A DNA stretch of 64,000 nucleotides from Verrucomicrobiota bacterium (GCA_016871595.1 VHCY01000001.1:6870-70869); one strand, 5' to 3'; shown: positions 30,220 to 41,475, counted from the first letter of the stretch. Numbers and translations: made by a program. Notes: generated by a model not told the origin, from the letters alone.

Positions 30220-30762
30220 ATGGCCTCCAAAGAAGTGCTCCTCGTCAAACCCGTCGAAGGTCTCGGCGGCGAAGGCGACCAAGTCAAAGTCCGCGCCGGC
30301 TACGCCCGCAACTACCTGCTGCCCCGCAAGATCGCGGTGTCGCTGACCACCGCCAACCGCAAGCAGGTCGACGCCCTCAAGAAGCGTCGCGCCGAGCGCG
30401 AGCAGGCGGAGCTCTCCGGCGCCCAGGAACTCGCGCGCAAGCTCGAGAAGACCTCGCTGGCCTTCGTGGTCAAGACGGGTGAGGGCGGGCGGATGTTCGG
30501 CGCCATCACGGCGCAGGACGTTCAGGAGAAGCTGGCCGCCGCCGGCTTCACCCTCGATCGCAAGAAGGTCCACCTCTTCACCCCGGTGAAGACCCTGGGC
30601 CAGCACACCGTGAAGATCCGCCTCCACGCGGACGTCTCGGTGGACCTGTCCTTCGACGTCGTCTCCGAGAACCCCATCGAGCCGGCCGCCCCGGTCGCCG
30701 AGCCCGCGGGCGAGAAGACCGAGAAACGTTCCGACCGCCAGCGCAAGGAGGCTTCGGCCTAA
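30220..30762 (+). CDS. rplI: 50S ribosomal protein L9
   Basis: LGGEGDQVKVRAGYARNYLLP, GRMFGAIT, PVKTLG. Confidence 0.97.
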   Translation: MASKEVLLVKPVEGLGGEGDQVKVRAGYARNYLLPRKIAVSLTTANRKQVDALKKRRAEREQAELSGAQELARKLEKTSLAFVVKTGEGGRMFGAITAQDVQEKLAAAGFTLDRKKVHLFTPVKTLGQHTVKIRLHADVSVDLSFDVVSENPIEPAAPVAEPAGEKTEKRSDRQRKEASA

Positions 30763-30897
30763 CCGCCGTCCGCTCCGGCTCCCAAGGCCGCGTTCCCCCT
30801 CCGGAGGACGCGGCCTTCGTGTTGCCGTGAACGGATTGTGAGCAAGGAGGGATTGCCGCGGCGCCCCGGGCCCGCTTCCTCCCGCACTGCTCGCCCG

Positions 30898-32280
30898 ATG
30901 CCGCCCAGCGATAACTCCCCGCCCAACCGCCCGGCCCCCGCCGGACGGGTGCTGCCGCACAGCCTGGAGGCCGAGGAGCATCTGCTCTCGTGCTGCCTCC
31001 TCGACGGCGCGGACATCGTCGCCCGCTGCCTCGAGGCCAAGATCGAGCCCCGTTCCTTCTATGACCCCAAGCACGGGGTGATCTTCGGTTGCCTGCTCGA
31101 GCTGTACATCCGGCAGGCCCCCATTGATGTCGCGATTGTCGCGGAGGAACTCAAGACGGCCAAGCAGCTCGACCAGATCGGCGGCTACGCGTTCCTCACC
31201 CAGGTCAGCAGCCGGATCCCCACCACCGCCCAGGCCGAGTACTTCATCGAGAAGGTCCGCGAGCAGGCCCTGCTGCGCGACCTGATCCGCTCCGCCACCG
31301 GGGCCATCGAGGACTGCTACGGCTTCACCGGGGGGATCGAGGAGTTTGTCGATCAGGTCGAGCAGAGGCTCTTCAGCGTCACGCAGAGCCGGGTGAGCGA
31401 AAGCGCCAAGCAGATGCGGGAGCCTACCCGGGAGGCGATGAACGTCATCACCCGGATGATGATGAAAAAGGGGGAGCTCACCGGCGTCTCCTCCGGCTTT
31501 AAGGACCTCGACGCGCTGCTGTGGGGGTTCCAGCGCAACGACATGATCGTCCTCGCGGCCCGGCCGTCGATGGGGAAGACGTCCCTAGCGCTCAATTTTG
31601 CCGAGGCCGCTGCGATGCCGCGCAAGGCCGGCCAGCCCCCCGCGCCAGTTCTGGTCTTCTCCCTCGAAATGGGCGCCTCGCAGCTCGCCTTGCGCATGCT
31701 CTGCTCTCGCGCCCGGGTGAACATGAAGTTGCTGCGGGATGGGCTCCTATCCAAGAATGGCGAGGAGCAGAACCGCTTGGTGGCCGTGGCCGACGAGTTT
31801 TCCAAGGCCCCCATCTTCATCGACGACTCCAGCGCTTTGTCCATCATGCAGTTGCGGGCCAAGGCGAGGCGTCTCCACGCGCGAACGCCCCTCGGCTTCA
31901 TTGTGGTGGACTATCTGCAGCTCCTGAGCCCCACAGATCCGAAGGTGCCCCGCGAGCAGCAGGTGGCCGAGGCTTCCCGTGGGCTAAAGGCGCTCGCGAA
32001 GGAACTTGAGGTTCCCGTGCTGGTACTATCCCAGCTCAACCGCGCCTCCGAGAAGGACAACCGCACGCCCAAACTTTCCGACCTCCGTGAATCCGGCTCG
32101 ATCGAACAGGACGCTGACGTGGTGCTTATGCTCGCCCGGCCGAAGGACGCGGACGAGAAATTCCAAGTGGCGGCGGATTCGGCCGAGTTAATCGTTGCAA
32201 AGCAGCGAAACGGGCCGGTAGGAGAACTGAAACTTACGTTCCTGAGGGATATCACACGCTTTGAAAACTTTCACCAGTAA
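30898..32280 (+). CDS. dnaB: Replicative DNA helicase DnaB
   Basis: PHSLEAE, AARPSMGKT, VDYLQL, LSQLNR, SDLRESGSIEQDAD, AKQRNGP; no intein. Confidence 0.98.
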   Translation: MPPSDNSPPNRPAPAGRVLPHSLEAEEHLLSCCLLDGADIVARCLEAKIEPRSFYDPKHGVIFGCLLELYIRQAPIDVAIVAEELKTAKQLDQIGGYAFLTQVSSRIPTTAQAEYFIEKVREQALLRDLIRSATGAIEDCYGFTGGIEEFVDQVEQRLFSVTQSRVSESAKQMREPTREAMNVITRMMMKKGELTGVSSGFKDLDALLWGFQRNDMIVLAARPSMGKTSLALNFAEAAAMPRKAGQPPAPVLVFSLEMGASQLALRMLCSRARVNMKLLRDGLLSKNGEEQNRLVAVADEFSKAPIFIDDSSALSIMQLRAKARRLHARTPLGFIVVDYLQLLSPTDPKVPREQQVAEASRGLKALAKELEVPVLVLSQLNRASEKDNRTPKLSDLRESGSIEQDADVVLMLARPKDADEKFQVAADSAELIVAKQRNGPVGELKLTFLRDITRFENFHQ

Positions 32281-34642
32281 CCCCTTCAGCGGGTTCCTTC
32301 GCGGTTTTATCTCTTTGCTGCTCTGGGTCTTGCCCGGGCTGACGCCGGTCTCGGCCCAATTGGCCAGCCCGCCCACCCAGCGACAGTTGCAGGCCCCCGC
32401 CTTCAAGGTTGAGACGCTCGCGATCAAATTCGTCGGCACGGCCAACGTGAACGAACAGGTGGTGCGCGCCAACATGCAGATTCGGGAAGGCGGTGAATTC
32501 GACGAGGTCATCCTCGACCGCGACATTCGCTCTCTTTACCGCACCGGCCTGTTCGAATTCATCGAGGTCAAGCAGGAGCAAGTGGATGCGCAGACCTTCA
32601 ACCTCGTCGTCGAGGTCACCCCGAAGTTCCGCGTCCTGGCCGTCCGTTTCGAGGGGAACGTCAAAATGAAGTCCACCCGGCTCGAGAAGGAGGTTAAGGT
32701 CAAACCGAACCAGGCCCTCGACGAGCGGCAGATCAAGGAGGACGCCGAAAAGCTTCGGGAATACTACCAGAAGGCCGGTTACAACCAGGTCTCGATCAAC
32801 TACACCGTGGATCGCGACCGCGTGGGGGGCTTCGGCACCGTGATCTTCAAGGTCAAGGAAGGCGAGAAGGTCAAAATCGCGGACATCAAGTTCGTGGGCA
32901 ACAAATCCGTGACCATCCGCAAGTTGCGCGGTGCCATGGAGACCAAGAAATGGTGGCTGTTCTCGTGGCTTACCGGTTCGGGCCGGTTCAAGGATGACCA
33001 GTTCGAGGATGATCTGGACAAGCTGCGCGACCTCTATCGCGAGTTGGGTTTCCTGGACGTCGAAATCCCCCAGGATAAGGTCAAGTTCAACTACCCCGGC
33101 GGAGAGCGGCTGGAACTGGTGATCCAGATCAACGAGGGCCGGCAATACCGGGTGGGCGAGGTCACTTTCACCGGGAACAAGCTCTTCAACTCGGCGCTGC
33201 TCAAGCGGGTGGTGCGGCAGAAGACCGGCGTGGTGTTCGTGCCGTCCAAGCTGGACAAGGATGTGGAGCGGCTGGACGACTTCTACGGCAAGGATGGGTA
33301 CCTCGACACGCGCGTGCGGCTGAACCGCAAGCCGAACGTGACGACCGGCGCGATCGACGTGGAGTATGTCGTGAACGAGGGCGAGAAGTTCAGCGTCGAG
33401 TCGATCGTCATCGAGGGGAACACCAAGACCAAGAGCACGGTGATCCTCCGCGAACTGGTGCTGGGGCCGGGCGACGTCTTCAGCACCGTGCTCATGAAGA
33501 TCAGTCAGCTCCGCCTCGAGAATACCCGCTTCTTCGAGAACGTCACCGTCAACCATCAGGAAACCAACATCCCTGGCCGCCGGAACATGCGCATCGCCCT
33601 GCAGGAGGGTCGAACGGGCAACCTGACCTTCGGCGCGGGCTTCTCCTCGCTGGAGCGGGCGACGCTCTTCGCCGAGGTCTCGCAGGCCAACTTCGACCTT
33701 TTCAACCGGCGTTCCTTCTTCCAAGGCGACGGCCAGAAGTTCCGTCTCCGGATGCAGCTCGGCTCCCTCTCCAGCGAGGTGGTGCTCTCGTTCGAGGAGC
33801 CCTGGCTCTTCCAGCGCCAGCTCGGGCTGGGCTTCAGCGTGTTCCGCACCAGCTCGGAGTACAACAGCACCTTTTACAGCCAGATCCAGACCGGCTTCGA
33901 GGTCTACCTGCGCAAGCACCTCTTCGAGCTCTGGAACGGTCGCCTGGCCTACACGTACGAAATCTTCGATATCCGCGACATTTCGCCCAGCGCCTCCGCC
34001 ATCATTCGAGCGCTCGAGGGTGCCAATGCCTCCTCCAGCATTGGCCTGCAGCTGGAGCGCGACACCCGGGACAAGATCATCAACACCACGGCCGGCAATC
34101 GCGTCGAGGTGAACGCCCGCTTCGCCGGCGGCCCCCTCGGCGGCAGCAAGATCAACAACAACTACAGCATCGAGTTCCGGGGATCCCAGTTCTTCCCGGT
34201 CTTCGAGCTCCAGACCCAAGTCCTCAGCCTGATCGCCCGCGGCGGCGTCATCCAGAACTTCGGCGACTCCAAGAACGTCCCGTACTACAACAAATGGTAC
34301 CTCGGCGGCCCGACGACCCTGCGCGGCTTCGAGTTCCGGGAGGTCGCCCCACGCGACCAGTTCAACGAGCCGATCGGCGGCAAGACTTACGGCTTCTTCA
34401 GCGCGGAGTACTCCCTGGATATCGTCAGCCCCATCCGCTTCGCCCTCTTCTACGATGCCGGCTTCGTCAACCGCGGCGCCTACGACTTCAACGTCGCGCG
34501 CTACCACGACAACTTCGGCTTCGGGTTGCGGCTCTTCGTGGCGGGAGCCCCCCTCAGCCTCGACTTCGGCATTCCCATCACGGGCGAAGAACTCGCCAAG
34601 AAGGGCAACCAGTTCAATTTTTCCTTTGGCACCCGGTTCTGA
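32261..34642 (+). CDS. bamA: Outer membrane protein assembly factor BamA
   Basis: Signal peptide, POTRA repeats (GNTKTKSTVILREL), LGGPTTLRGF loop, C-terminal FNFSFGTRF; TTG start uncertain. Confidence 0.95.
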   Translation: MKTFTSNPFSGFLRGFISLLLWVLPGLTPVSAQLASPPTQRQLQAPAFKVETLAIKFVGTANVNEQVVRANMQIREGGEFDEVILDRDIRSLYRTGLFEFIEVKQEQVDAQTFNLVVEVTPKFRVLAVRFEGNVKMKSTRLEKEVKVKPNQALDERQIKEDAEKLREYYQKAGYNQVSINYTVDRDRVGGFGTVIFKVKEGEKVKIADIKFVGNKSVTIRKLRGAMETKKWWLFSWLTGSGRFKDDQFEDDLDKLRDLYRELGFLDVEIPQDKVKFNYPGGERLELVIQINEGRQYRVGEVTFTGNKLFNSALLKRVVRQKTGVVFVPSKLDKDVERLDDFYGKDGYLDTRVRLNRKPNVTTGAIDVEYVVNEGEKFSVESIVIEGNTKTKSTVILRELVLGPGDVFSTVLMKISQLRLENTRFFENVTVNHQETNIPGRRNMRIALQEGRTGNLTFGAGFSSLERATLFAEVSQANFDLFNRRSFFQGDGQKFRLRMQLGSLSSEVVLSFEEPWLFQRQLGLGFSVFRTSSEYNSTFYSQIQTGFEVYLRKHLFELWNGRLAYTYEIFDIRDISPSASAIIRALEGANASSSIGLQLERDTRDKIINTTAGNRVEVNARFAGGPLGGSKINNNYSIEFRGSQFFPVFELQTQVLSLIARGGVIQNFGDSKNVPYYNKWYLGGPTTLRGFEFREVAPRDQFNEPIGGKTYGFFSAEYSLDIVSPIRFALFYDAGFVNRGAYDFNVARYHDNFGFGLRLFVAGAPLSLDFGIPITGEELAKKGNQFNFSFGTRF

Positions 34643-34682
34643 TTCTGCTCGTTTCGCCCCCCTTTAGCACCCACTTGAACTT

Positions 34683-35354
34683 ATGAAGTATTCCCTCAAA
34701 TCCCTCACCGCGCTGGCGGTCCTCGGTCTGGCCGCCCTCCCGGCCTCCGCCCAGCCGGCCGTCAAGATCGCCGTCGTCGATATGGCGAAGCTGTACGACA
34801 CCCACTACAAGACGGTCGAGCAGAACGCCAAGATCCAGGCGGACGACCAGAAGGCCCAGGAGGAGGTGGAGCGGATGAACAAGGAGGGCAACGCCCTCGT
34901 GGAGGAGTACAAGAACCTCTCCGAACAGGCCAGTAGCCCCGCGCTCTCCGCCGAAGCCAAGTCCAAGGCCCAGAACGAGGCCCAGAAGAAACTGGAGCTG
35001 ATCCAAAACAAGCAGCGCGAGGTCCAGACCTTTATCCAGAATACCCGCAACTCCCTCAGCCAGCGCCTGAACACCTTCCGCGGGATGATGCTTGAGGAGA
35101 TCGCCAAGGTGGCCACCGAGCTCGCGAAGAAGCGCGGCGCCACCCTGCTCCTCGACAAGGCCGGCCCGACCGCCATCGGGATTTCCAATATCCTCTACTC
35201 TGATGCCGCCTACGACCTCACCGATGAGGTCGCCAAGGAGGTCAACAAGGACAAGCCGGTGGGAGCCCCGAGCGCTCCTGCCGCCCCGGCCGCCGCACCC
35301 GCTGCAGGCGCCACGCCCGCCGTCTCGGTCCCGGGGCTTCCCTCCAAGAAGTAG
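34683..35354 (+). CDS. skp: OmpH/Skp periplasmic chaperone
   Basis: Signal peptide, KIAVVDM, long coiled coil, YDLTDEV; between bamA and lpxD. Confidence 0.9.
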   Translation: MKYSLKSLTALAVLGLAALPASAQPAVKIAVVDMAKLYDTHYKTVEQNAKIQADDQKAQEEVERMNKEGNALVEEYKNLSEQASSPALSAEAKSKAQNEAQKKLELIQNKQREVQTFIQNTRNSLSQRLNTFRGMMLEEIAKVATELAKKRGATLLLDKAGPTAIGISNILYSDAAYDLTDEVAKEVNKDKPVGAPSAPAAPAAAPAAGATPAVSVPGLPSKK

Positions 35355-35375
35355 GTTTGAGCAGACCCGCTTGCG

Positions 35376-35404
35376 AACCCCGCCTGCTTCAGGCGGGGTT
35401 TTTT
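35376..35404 (+). terminator. Rho-independent terminator
   Basis: AACCCCGCCTG-CTT-CAGGCGGGGTT followed by TTTT. Confidence 0.85.
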
Positions 35405-35467
35405 CTTGCTCCTGCCGCGCTCTCGCCTGCCAGTCTGGCCACTGCGCTGACCCGCGCGCATGCCGCG

Positions 35468-36580
35468 ATGAACCTGAATCTCAGCCCAGACGAACTCGCC
35501 TCTCTCTGCCAGGCTCAGGCCCGACGCGGCTCCTGTCCGATCCCGGTGACCGGCATCGCCGCGCTCACCGAGGCAGCCCCGGGGGACCTCTCTTTTCTCG
35601 GTAACGCCCGCTACAAGGGCGAAGTCCTTGGCTCCCTGGCCTCCGTCATCCTTGTCCCGCCCGATTACAAAGGTGCTCCGGGGCCTGATCAGGAGTTGCT
35701 GGTGGTGCCAAACCCTTCCGCCGCCTTGGCGTTGATCTGCGCTCGAATGGAGCAGGCATTGTGGCCGCGTCCAGTACCCGGGATTCACCCCTCCGCGGTG
35801 GTCGCGCCCGGAGCCCAGATCGCCGCCTCGGCGACGATCGGTCCCCTCTGCGTGCTGGAAGCTGGAGCGGACGTAGGGGAGGGCGTCCATCTTCAGGCGC
35901 AGGTCTTTGTCGGCCGTTCCGCCCGGGTCGGCGAAGAATCCTGGCTGTCGCCCGGCGTGATCATCGCCGCTGAATGCAAGGTCGGGCGCCGCGTACGGCT
36001 GCATCCGGGCGTGGTGGTGGGCGCGGATGGGTTTGGTTACGAGTTCGTCCAAGGCCGACACGCCAAGGTTCCGCAGGTTGGCCGCGTGGAGATCGGCGAT
36101 GACGTGGAGATCGGCGCGCATACGACCCTCGACCGCGCGCGTTTCGGGGCCACGACCATCGGGGCCGGCACCAAGATTGATAACCTGGTCCAGATCGCCC
36201 ATAATGTCCGCATCGGGCGCCATTGCATCCTCTGCGCCCAGACGGGAGTCTCGGGCAGCACCGTGATCGAGGATTACGTGGTCCTGGGCGGTCAGGCCGG
36301 CGTCGCGGGGCACCTCCGCCTCGGCAAGGGGGCTAAGGTCGGCGGCGGGGCCGCGGTCACCACGGACTTGGAGGCCGGGGTGTTCGTCAACGGCAGTCCG
36401 GCCATTCCCCTGATGCTCGAGCGCCGGATCGCCGTCCTCAAACAGCGGTTACCCGACCTTTTCCGCCGGGTCGATACCCTGGAACAGCAACTCGCCCGTG
36501 AAAAAGAGCTTCCGCCCGCGGCGGCTCCCGCCAACATCCGCGGCAATGACCGACTCCCGGCTCAAGATCCTCTCGGGTAA
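35468..36580 (+). CDS. lpxD: UDP-3-O-(3-hydroxymyristoyl)glucosamine N-acyltransferase
   Basis: GDLSFL, hexapeptide repeats, [18 protein letters not shown]; overlaps prs by 35 bp. Confidence 0.95.
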   Translation: MNLNLSPDELASLCQAQARRGSCPIPVTGIAALTEAAPGDLSFLGNARYKGEVLGSLASVILVPPDYKGAPGPDQELLVVPNPSAALALICARMEQALWPRPVPGIHPSAVVAPGAQIAASATIGPLCVLEAGADVGEGVHLQAQVFVGRSARVGEESWLSPGVIIAAECKVGRRVRLHPGVVVGADGFGYEFVQGRHAKVPQVGRVEIGDDVEIGAHTTLDRARFGATTIGAGTKIDNLVQIAHNVRIGRHCILCAQTGVSGSTVIEDYVVLGGQAGVAGHLRLGKGAKVGGGAAVTTDLEAGVFVNGSPAIPLMLERRIAVLKQRLPDLFRRVDTLEQQLAREKELPPAAAPANIRGNDRLPAQDPLG

Positions 36581-37493
36581 TTCAAATCGCGTCCTCGCCG
36601 AGGAGATCTGCCGCGCCATTGGCGAGCCGCTGGGCGAGGCGACGGTCACGAGCTTCCCGGACGGCGAGACGTTCGTCAAAATCAACGAGAACGTCCGCGG
36701 CAACGACGTCTTCATCATCCAGTCGACCTGCCCCCCGACCAATCACCACCTGGTCGAGTTGCTGATTATGATCGACGCGGCCCGGCGCGCCTCCGCCCAG
36801 CGCATCACGGCCGTGCTGCCGTTCTACGGTTACGCCCGCCAGGACCGCAAGGACCAGCCCCGCGTGCCGATCACGGCCAAGCTGGTGGCCAACCTGATCG
36901 TGGCCGCCGGCGCGAACCGGATCCTCACGATGGACCTGCACAGCCAGCAGATCCAGGGGTTCTTCGATATCCCGGTGGATCACCTGTACGCCTCGCCGGT
37001 CTTCTTCGAATACCTGTCCCGCTCGAAGCCCGAGAAGTTCGTGGTCTGTTCCCCGGATGTCGGTGGGATGAAGATGGCGGCCGCCTATGCCGATATCCTT
37101 GGCGCCGGGCTCGCCCTCGTCGCCAAGAAGCGCAAGAACGCCACGACGGTCGAAGCGATCAACGTGGTCGGCGACGTCGAGGGCTGCGATGTGCTCCTGG
37201 TGGACGATATCACGGAGACCGCCGGCACCCTCTGCGCCGCCGCCAAAATCCTCCGGGCCCACGGCGCCAAGCGCATCCGCGCCGCGGTCAGCCACTGCAT
37301 CTTGAATGAGGTTTCTGTCGATCGTCTAAAGTCGGGTCTGATCGACGAGCTGATCACGACGAATTCCACCCCGGTCAACACCCTCGGGCTCCCCGTCACG
37401 GTTCTCAGCATCGCCAACCTGCTCGGCCAGGCCATCCAGCGGATCAACAGCAACGAGAGCGTCACGGGACTATTCCGGGTGAAGGGCTTCTGA
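36546..37493 (+). CDS. prs: Ribose-phosphate pyrophosphokinase
   Basis: [44 protein letters not shown]. Confidence 0.97.
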   Translation: MTDSRLKILSGNSNRVLAEEICRAIGEPLGEATVTSFPDGETFVKINENVRGNDVFIIQSTCPPTNHHLVELLIMIDAARRASAQRITAVLPFYGYARQDRKDQPRVPITAKLVANLIVAAGANRILTMDLHSQQIQGFFDIPVDHLYASPVFFEYLSRSKPEKFVVCSPDVGGMKMAAAYADILGAGLALVAKKRKNATTVEAINVVGDVEGCDVLLVDDITETAGTLCAAAKILRAHGAKRIRAAVSHCILNEVSVDRLKSGLIDELITTNSTPVNTLGLPVTVLSIANLLGQAIQRINSNESVTGLFRVKGF

Positions 37494-37534
37494 GCCGGGA
37501 TTGTCTCCCGCGGGATCTGATGTAAGGTCCCGGC

Positions 37535-38959
37535 ATGCCCGTCCCCGCCTTTCGCCTTCTGGCCGTGGTCCTGCTGGCGGCCGCCTCCGCGGTTGCCGCC
37601 GAACCCAAGGCGCGCTCGGCCCCGGCCGTGCGTCCCGCGCCCCCCGCGGTCCGCCTGGATGCCTCGCCGCTGGAGGCGGGCTTGGAGCCGGCCCGCCTGA
37701 GGAGTTACGCGGACGTCATTGAACCCGCCCAGAAGGCGGTGGTCTCGGTCTACTCCACCCGGATCGTCAAGGAGCGGATGGCCATCAACCCGCTCTTCCG
37801 GCAATACTTCGGGGACCTGCCGGAGCGTGAGAGCCGCCAGGAAGGTCTGGGCTCCGGGGTCATCGTCTCCCCTGACGGGTACATCCTGACCAACAATCAC
37901 GTGATCGAAGGTGCGGATGAGTTGAAGGTCACCCTCGCCGACGATCGCGATTTCCCGGCGCGCGTCGTGGGCACCGATCCGAAGACGGACGTGGCCGTCC
38001 TGAAGATCGAGGCGGAGGGACTCCCGGTACTGACCGTGGCCGACAGCGACCGGGTCCGCGTCGGGGACATCGCCTTCGCCGTCGGCAATCCCCTGGGGGT
38101 TGGCCAGACCGTCACGATGGGCATCGTCTCGGCCAAGGGCCGGAGCCGTCTGGGGCTGCTGGAGCGGGTTTCCGGGTACGAGGATTTCATCCAGACGGAT
38201 GCCGCAATCAATATGGGCAATTCCGGCGGGGCGCTGATCGATGCCCGCGGACGCCTGATCGGGGTCAACAGCGCCATCATCTCCCCGTCCCGGGGCAATA
38301 TCGGCATCGGGTTCGCGATCCCGGTGAACCTGGCCCGCTTCATTATGAACAGCCTGGTGGAGACCGGCACCGTCGCGCGCGGCTATCTCGGGGTCACGAG
38401 CGACACCCTCACCGCGGAACTGGCCGAACAGCTGGGTCTGGCGCGGGGTACCCGCGGGGTGATCATCACCGAAATCGACGCCGCCAGCCCGGCCGAGGCC
38501 ACCGGCCTGCGCCGGGCGGATGTGATCGTCGCCCTCAACGGCCAGAATGTCCTCTCTTGGGAGGAACTCCGCGTCCTCGTGGCGCAGTGCCTGCCGGACT
38601 CCAAGGTTAGCCTAAAGGTGCTGCGTGACGGCAAAGCGCGCACCGTGGAGGTCGAGCTGGGCCGGGTGATCGACAACCCGGACGAGCTGGTCGCCGGCGT
38701 GGAGGCAGCCCCGCTCACGCCGGAGGTGCGGCGACGGCTCGGCTTGAACGATTCCCGGATCGCCGGCCTGGTGGTCACGCGGGTGAGCGAGGATTCCCCG
38801 CACCGCGGCCGCTTGGCCGAAGGAATGGTGATCCTGGAGATCAACCGGGCGCCGGTCCCGGACCTGGCGGCCGGCCGGGAACGCATCCGCAGCGGACGCA
38901 ACCTGCTCGCGGTCTTCGATGGCCGCGGGATCCGCTACCTGGTGATCACCGTCAAGTGA
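37535..38959 (+). CDS. HtrA/DegP-family serine protease with PDZ domains
   Basis: GLGSGVIV, TNNHV, DVAVL, IQTDAAINMGNSGGAL, two PDZ-like regions. Confidence 0.95.
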   Translation: MPVPAFRLLAVVLLAAASAVAAEPKARSAPAVRPAPPAVRLDASPLEAGLEPARLRSYADVIEPAQKAVVSVYSTRIVKERMAINPLFRQYFGDLPERESRQEGLGSGVIVSPDGYILTNNHVIEGADELKVTLADDRDFPARVVGTDPKTDVAVLKIEAEGLPVLTVADSDRVRVGDIAFAVGNPLGVGQTVTMGIVSAKGRSRLGLLERVSGYEDFIQTDAAINMGNSGGALIDARGRLIGVNSAIISPSRGNIGIGFAIPVNLARFIMNSLVETGTVARGYLGVTSDTLTAELAEQLGLARGTRGVIITEIDAASPAEATGLRRADVIVALNGQNVLSWEELRVLVAQCLPDSKVSLKVLRDGKARTVEVELGRVIDNPDELVAGVEAAPLTPEVRRRLGLNDSRIAGLVVTRVSEDSPHRGRLAEGMVILEINRAPVPDLAAGRERIRSGRNLLAVFDGRGIRYLVITVK

Positions 38960-38983
38960 GGGCCCGGACCCCGGGCGCCGCGC

Positions 38984-39559
38984 TCAGCTGCCCGGCTTGG
39001 TGACGGGGATGCGGGCCAGTGCCTCCGGCACGGCGTCGGCCGGATAAGTCGGGAAACTCAGTTCCAGCAGGGAAACCGCCGGTACCGCGAAGCGGGCCAC
39101 GCCCGCGCTGCGATCGACCAGCATCGCGATGGCCTGCGCCGTCCCGCCTGCCTGCCGGATGATCTCCAGACACTCCAGGACGCGGCCCCCGCGGGTCACG
39201 ACGTCCTCGGCGACGAGCACCCTCTCACCCGGGGTGAGGGTGAAGCCGCGGCGGAGCACCAGCACATTGTTCTCCTTCTCCGCGAAGATGAACCGGGCCC
39301 GGGCCTGCCGCGCAATCTCCTGGCCGATGACCAAGCCACCCATCGCGGGAGCCAGCACCGTGGTGAACTGGATTCCCTGGGCGCGCAGCTTGGCGAGCAG
39401 GAGCTCGGCCAGGCGTTCAACCGCATCGAGCTGCTGGCATACCTGAGCGCATTGGAAATAATGACCGCTATGCAGGCCGGAGCGGAGCACGAAGTGTCCC
39501 TGCTGGAGCGCCTTGGTGCGGGTGAAGATCTCGAGGATTTCCTGCTGGTGGGGGTCCAT
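38984..39559 (-). CDS. pyrE: Orotate phosphoribosyltransferase
   Basis: GHFVLRSGLHSGHY, PAMGG, VAEDVVTRGG. Confidence 0.95.
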   Translation of the reverse strand: MDPHQQEILEIFTRTKALQQGHFVLRSGLHSGHYFQCAQVCQQLDAVERLAELLLAKLRAQGIQFTTVLAPAMGGLVIGQEIARQARARFIFAEKENNVLVLRRGFTLTPGERVLVAEDVVTRGGRVLECLEIIRQAGGTAQAIAMLVDRSAGVARFAVPAVSLLELSFPTYPADAVPEALARIPVTKPGS

Positions 39560-39616
39560 AGGAAGGGAGGCTGCGGCAGCCGGGCGGGACGCTTCAATCC
39601 GATTCCGGAACGGTGC

Positions 39617-40684
39617 TCACCAGTGCCCGTTCTCGCCCGGCTCAATGTCCTGGGCGAAGGCGACCAGCAGCTGCACGCAGCGCTCCACGTCCTCCAAGTC
39701 CACGACCTCACTCGGGGTGTGCATATAGCGGAGAGGAATGCTCACCAGACCGGTCGCGACGCCGCCCCGGGCCATTTGGATGGCCCGGGCATCGGTGCCG
39801 GTCGGCCGGGGATCCGCCTCCACTTGAAAGGGAATGGAGTTTTTTCGCGCCGCGCGCTCCAGCCGCTCGTACACCCGCGGATTGATGTTGGCGCCTCGGC
39901 AGAGGATCGGTCCGCCGCCGAGCTTGGTCTCGCCGAAGCGGCGATTGTCACAGTCGGGATGATCCGTCGCGTGGCCGACGTCCACGGCGACGGCCACGTG
40001 CGGGTTGACCGCGTAGGCGGACGTGGTCGCCCCGCGGACCCCGATCTCCTCCTGGGTGGTCGCCACGCTCACGACCCGCGCCTTCAGGCGATCCTTCTGG
40101 CGCGCGAGCCGCACCAGGGCCTCGCCGACCACATAGGCCCCGACTTTGTTGTCGAAGGCCCGCGCCGCCCCGATGCTGCCATTGAACAGTTCGAGGCCGT
40201 GATCGTAGGTCGCGACGTCCCCGATGTTCACCCGCGCCAGGGCCTCCGCCTTGGAGCGCACCCCGATGTCGATCCAGATCTCGTGCTTCTTCGGCACGCG
40301 CTTCCGCTCGTCCTCCTCCATCAGGTGGATGGCCCGCTTGCCGGTCACGCCCCGCACGATGCCCTGTGCGGTCTGGATCAGCACCCGGCGCCCGGAGATG
40401 ACGCTGAGGTCGTGCCCGCCGATGGTATCAAAGTAGAGGTATCCCTCCTTGTTGATGTAAGTGATGATCAGCCCGAGTTCGTCCAGGTGTCCGGCGAACA
40501 TCACCACCGGGTCGCCCGAGGGATTGAGGGTCGCGAGGCGGTTGCCCAAGGGATCCCGCGCGTAGGCGTCGGCCGAGGGGCGCACGTGCTCGTCGAACAC
40601 CGCCTGAGCCTCCGTCTCGTAGCCGGAGGGCGAACGGGCGGCGAGCAGGGCGGCGAGAAACGGCGGGACGGTGTAGGAGGACAT
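39617..40684 (-). CDS. M42-family metallopeptidase
   Basis: SPSGYE, GHLDELG, AFDNKVG, QEEIGVRGA, RYMHTPSE. Confidence 0.93.
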   Translation of the reverse strand: MSSYTVPPFLAALLAARSPSGYETEAQAVFDEHVRPSADAYARDPLGNRLATLNPSGDPVVMFAGHLDELGLIITYINKEGYLYFDTIGGHDLSVISGRRVLIQTAQGIVRGVTGKRAIHLMEEDERKRVPKKHEIWIDIGVRSKAEALARVNIGDVATYDHGLELFNGSIGAARAFDNKVGAYVVGEALVRLARQKDRLKARVVSVATTQEEIGVRGATTSAYAVNPHVAVAVDVGHATDHPDCDNRRFGETKLGGGPILCRGANINPRVYERLERAARKNSIPFQVEADPRPTGTDARAIQMARGGVATGLVSIPLRYMHTPSEVVDLEDVERCVQLLVAFAQDIEPGENGHW

Positions 40685-40749
40685 TGGGACGAAAGTTCGG
40701 TTGCGTTCGGCGGAGCCTGAAAACGAAACTGTCCTTTCGGAAAGCCAAA

Positions 40750-41475
40750 ATGACCATTTATCCAGCGATTGATATCCGCGGTGGCCGGTGCGTCCGCCTC
40801 CTGCAGGGGCGGGCGGATCAGGAGACGGTTTACGCCGAGGATCCCGCCGCGGTCGCCGCCGGGTTCCGCCAGGCCGGCAGCAAGTGGGTCCACGTGGTAG
40901 ACCTCGACGGCGCCTTTGCCGGGGAACCGCGCAACGGGACCGCCGTCCGCGCCATCGTCGCCCAAGGGCTGCAGGTCCAGCTCGGCGGCGGCCTGCGCAC
41001 GCGGGCGGCCGTGGAACAGGCGCTCGGCCTCGGCGTCGCCCGGGTCGTGATCGGCACTCGCGCGGCTGAAAGCGCCGCCTTTGTCGGCGAACTGGTCCAG
41101 GCCTTCGGGGAACGGATCGCCGTCGGCATCGACGCGAAGAACGGTCAGGTGGCGGTCAAGGGCTGGGTAGCCGACTCGGGGCTCAGCGCGCTGGATCTGG
41201 CCCGGCGAATGGACGCCCTCGGCGTGCGCACGCTCATCCATACCGACATCGGCACTGATGGGATGTTGACGGGCCCGAATCTCCCCGCCCAGGAGGCGAT
41301 GCTGGCGGCAGGCAAGGCTAACGTGATCGCCAGCGGCGGCGTCAGTCGCCGGGAGGATGTGATCGCCTTGGCGGCCTTGGCCCGCCGCGAACCCCGGCTC
41401 GACGGGGTCATCGTCGGCAAGGCCCTCTACGAGGGGCGGGTGGACCTCGCGGACCTGCTGCGCCTCGCCGCCTGA
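40750..41475 (+). CDS. hisA: ProFAR isomerase HisA
   Basis: IYPAIDIRGGRCVRL, HVVDLDGA, GGGLR, TDIGTDGML, ASGGV, VGKALY. Confidence 0.97.
   Translation: MTIYPAIDIRGGRCVRLLQGRADQETVYAEDPAAVAAGFRQAGSKWVHVVDLDGAFAGEPRNGTAVRAIVAQGLQVQLGGGLRTRAAVEQALGLGVARVVIGTRAAESAAFVGELVQAFGERIAVGIDAKNGQVAVKGWVADSGLSALDLARRMDALGVRTLIHTDIGTDGMLTGPNLPAQEAMLAAGKANVIASGGVSRREDVIALAALARREPRLDGVIVGKALYEGRVDLADLLRLAA

Noticed and set aside
30898-32280. Intein in DnaB
   Set aside because: Length (460 aa) and contiguous motifs show no insertion.
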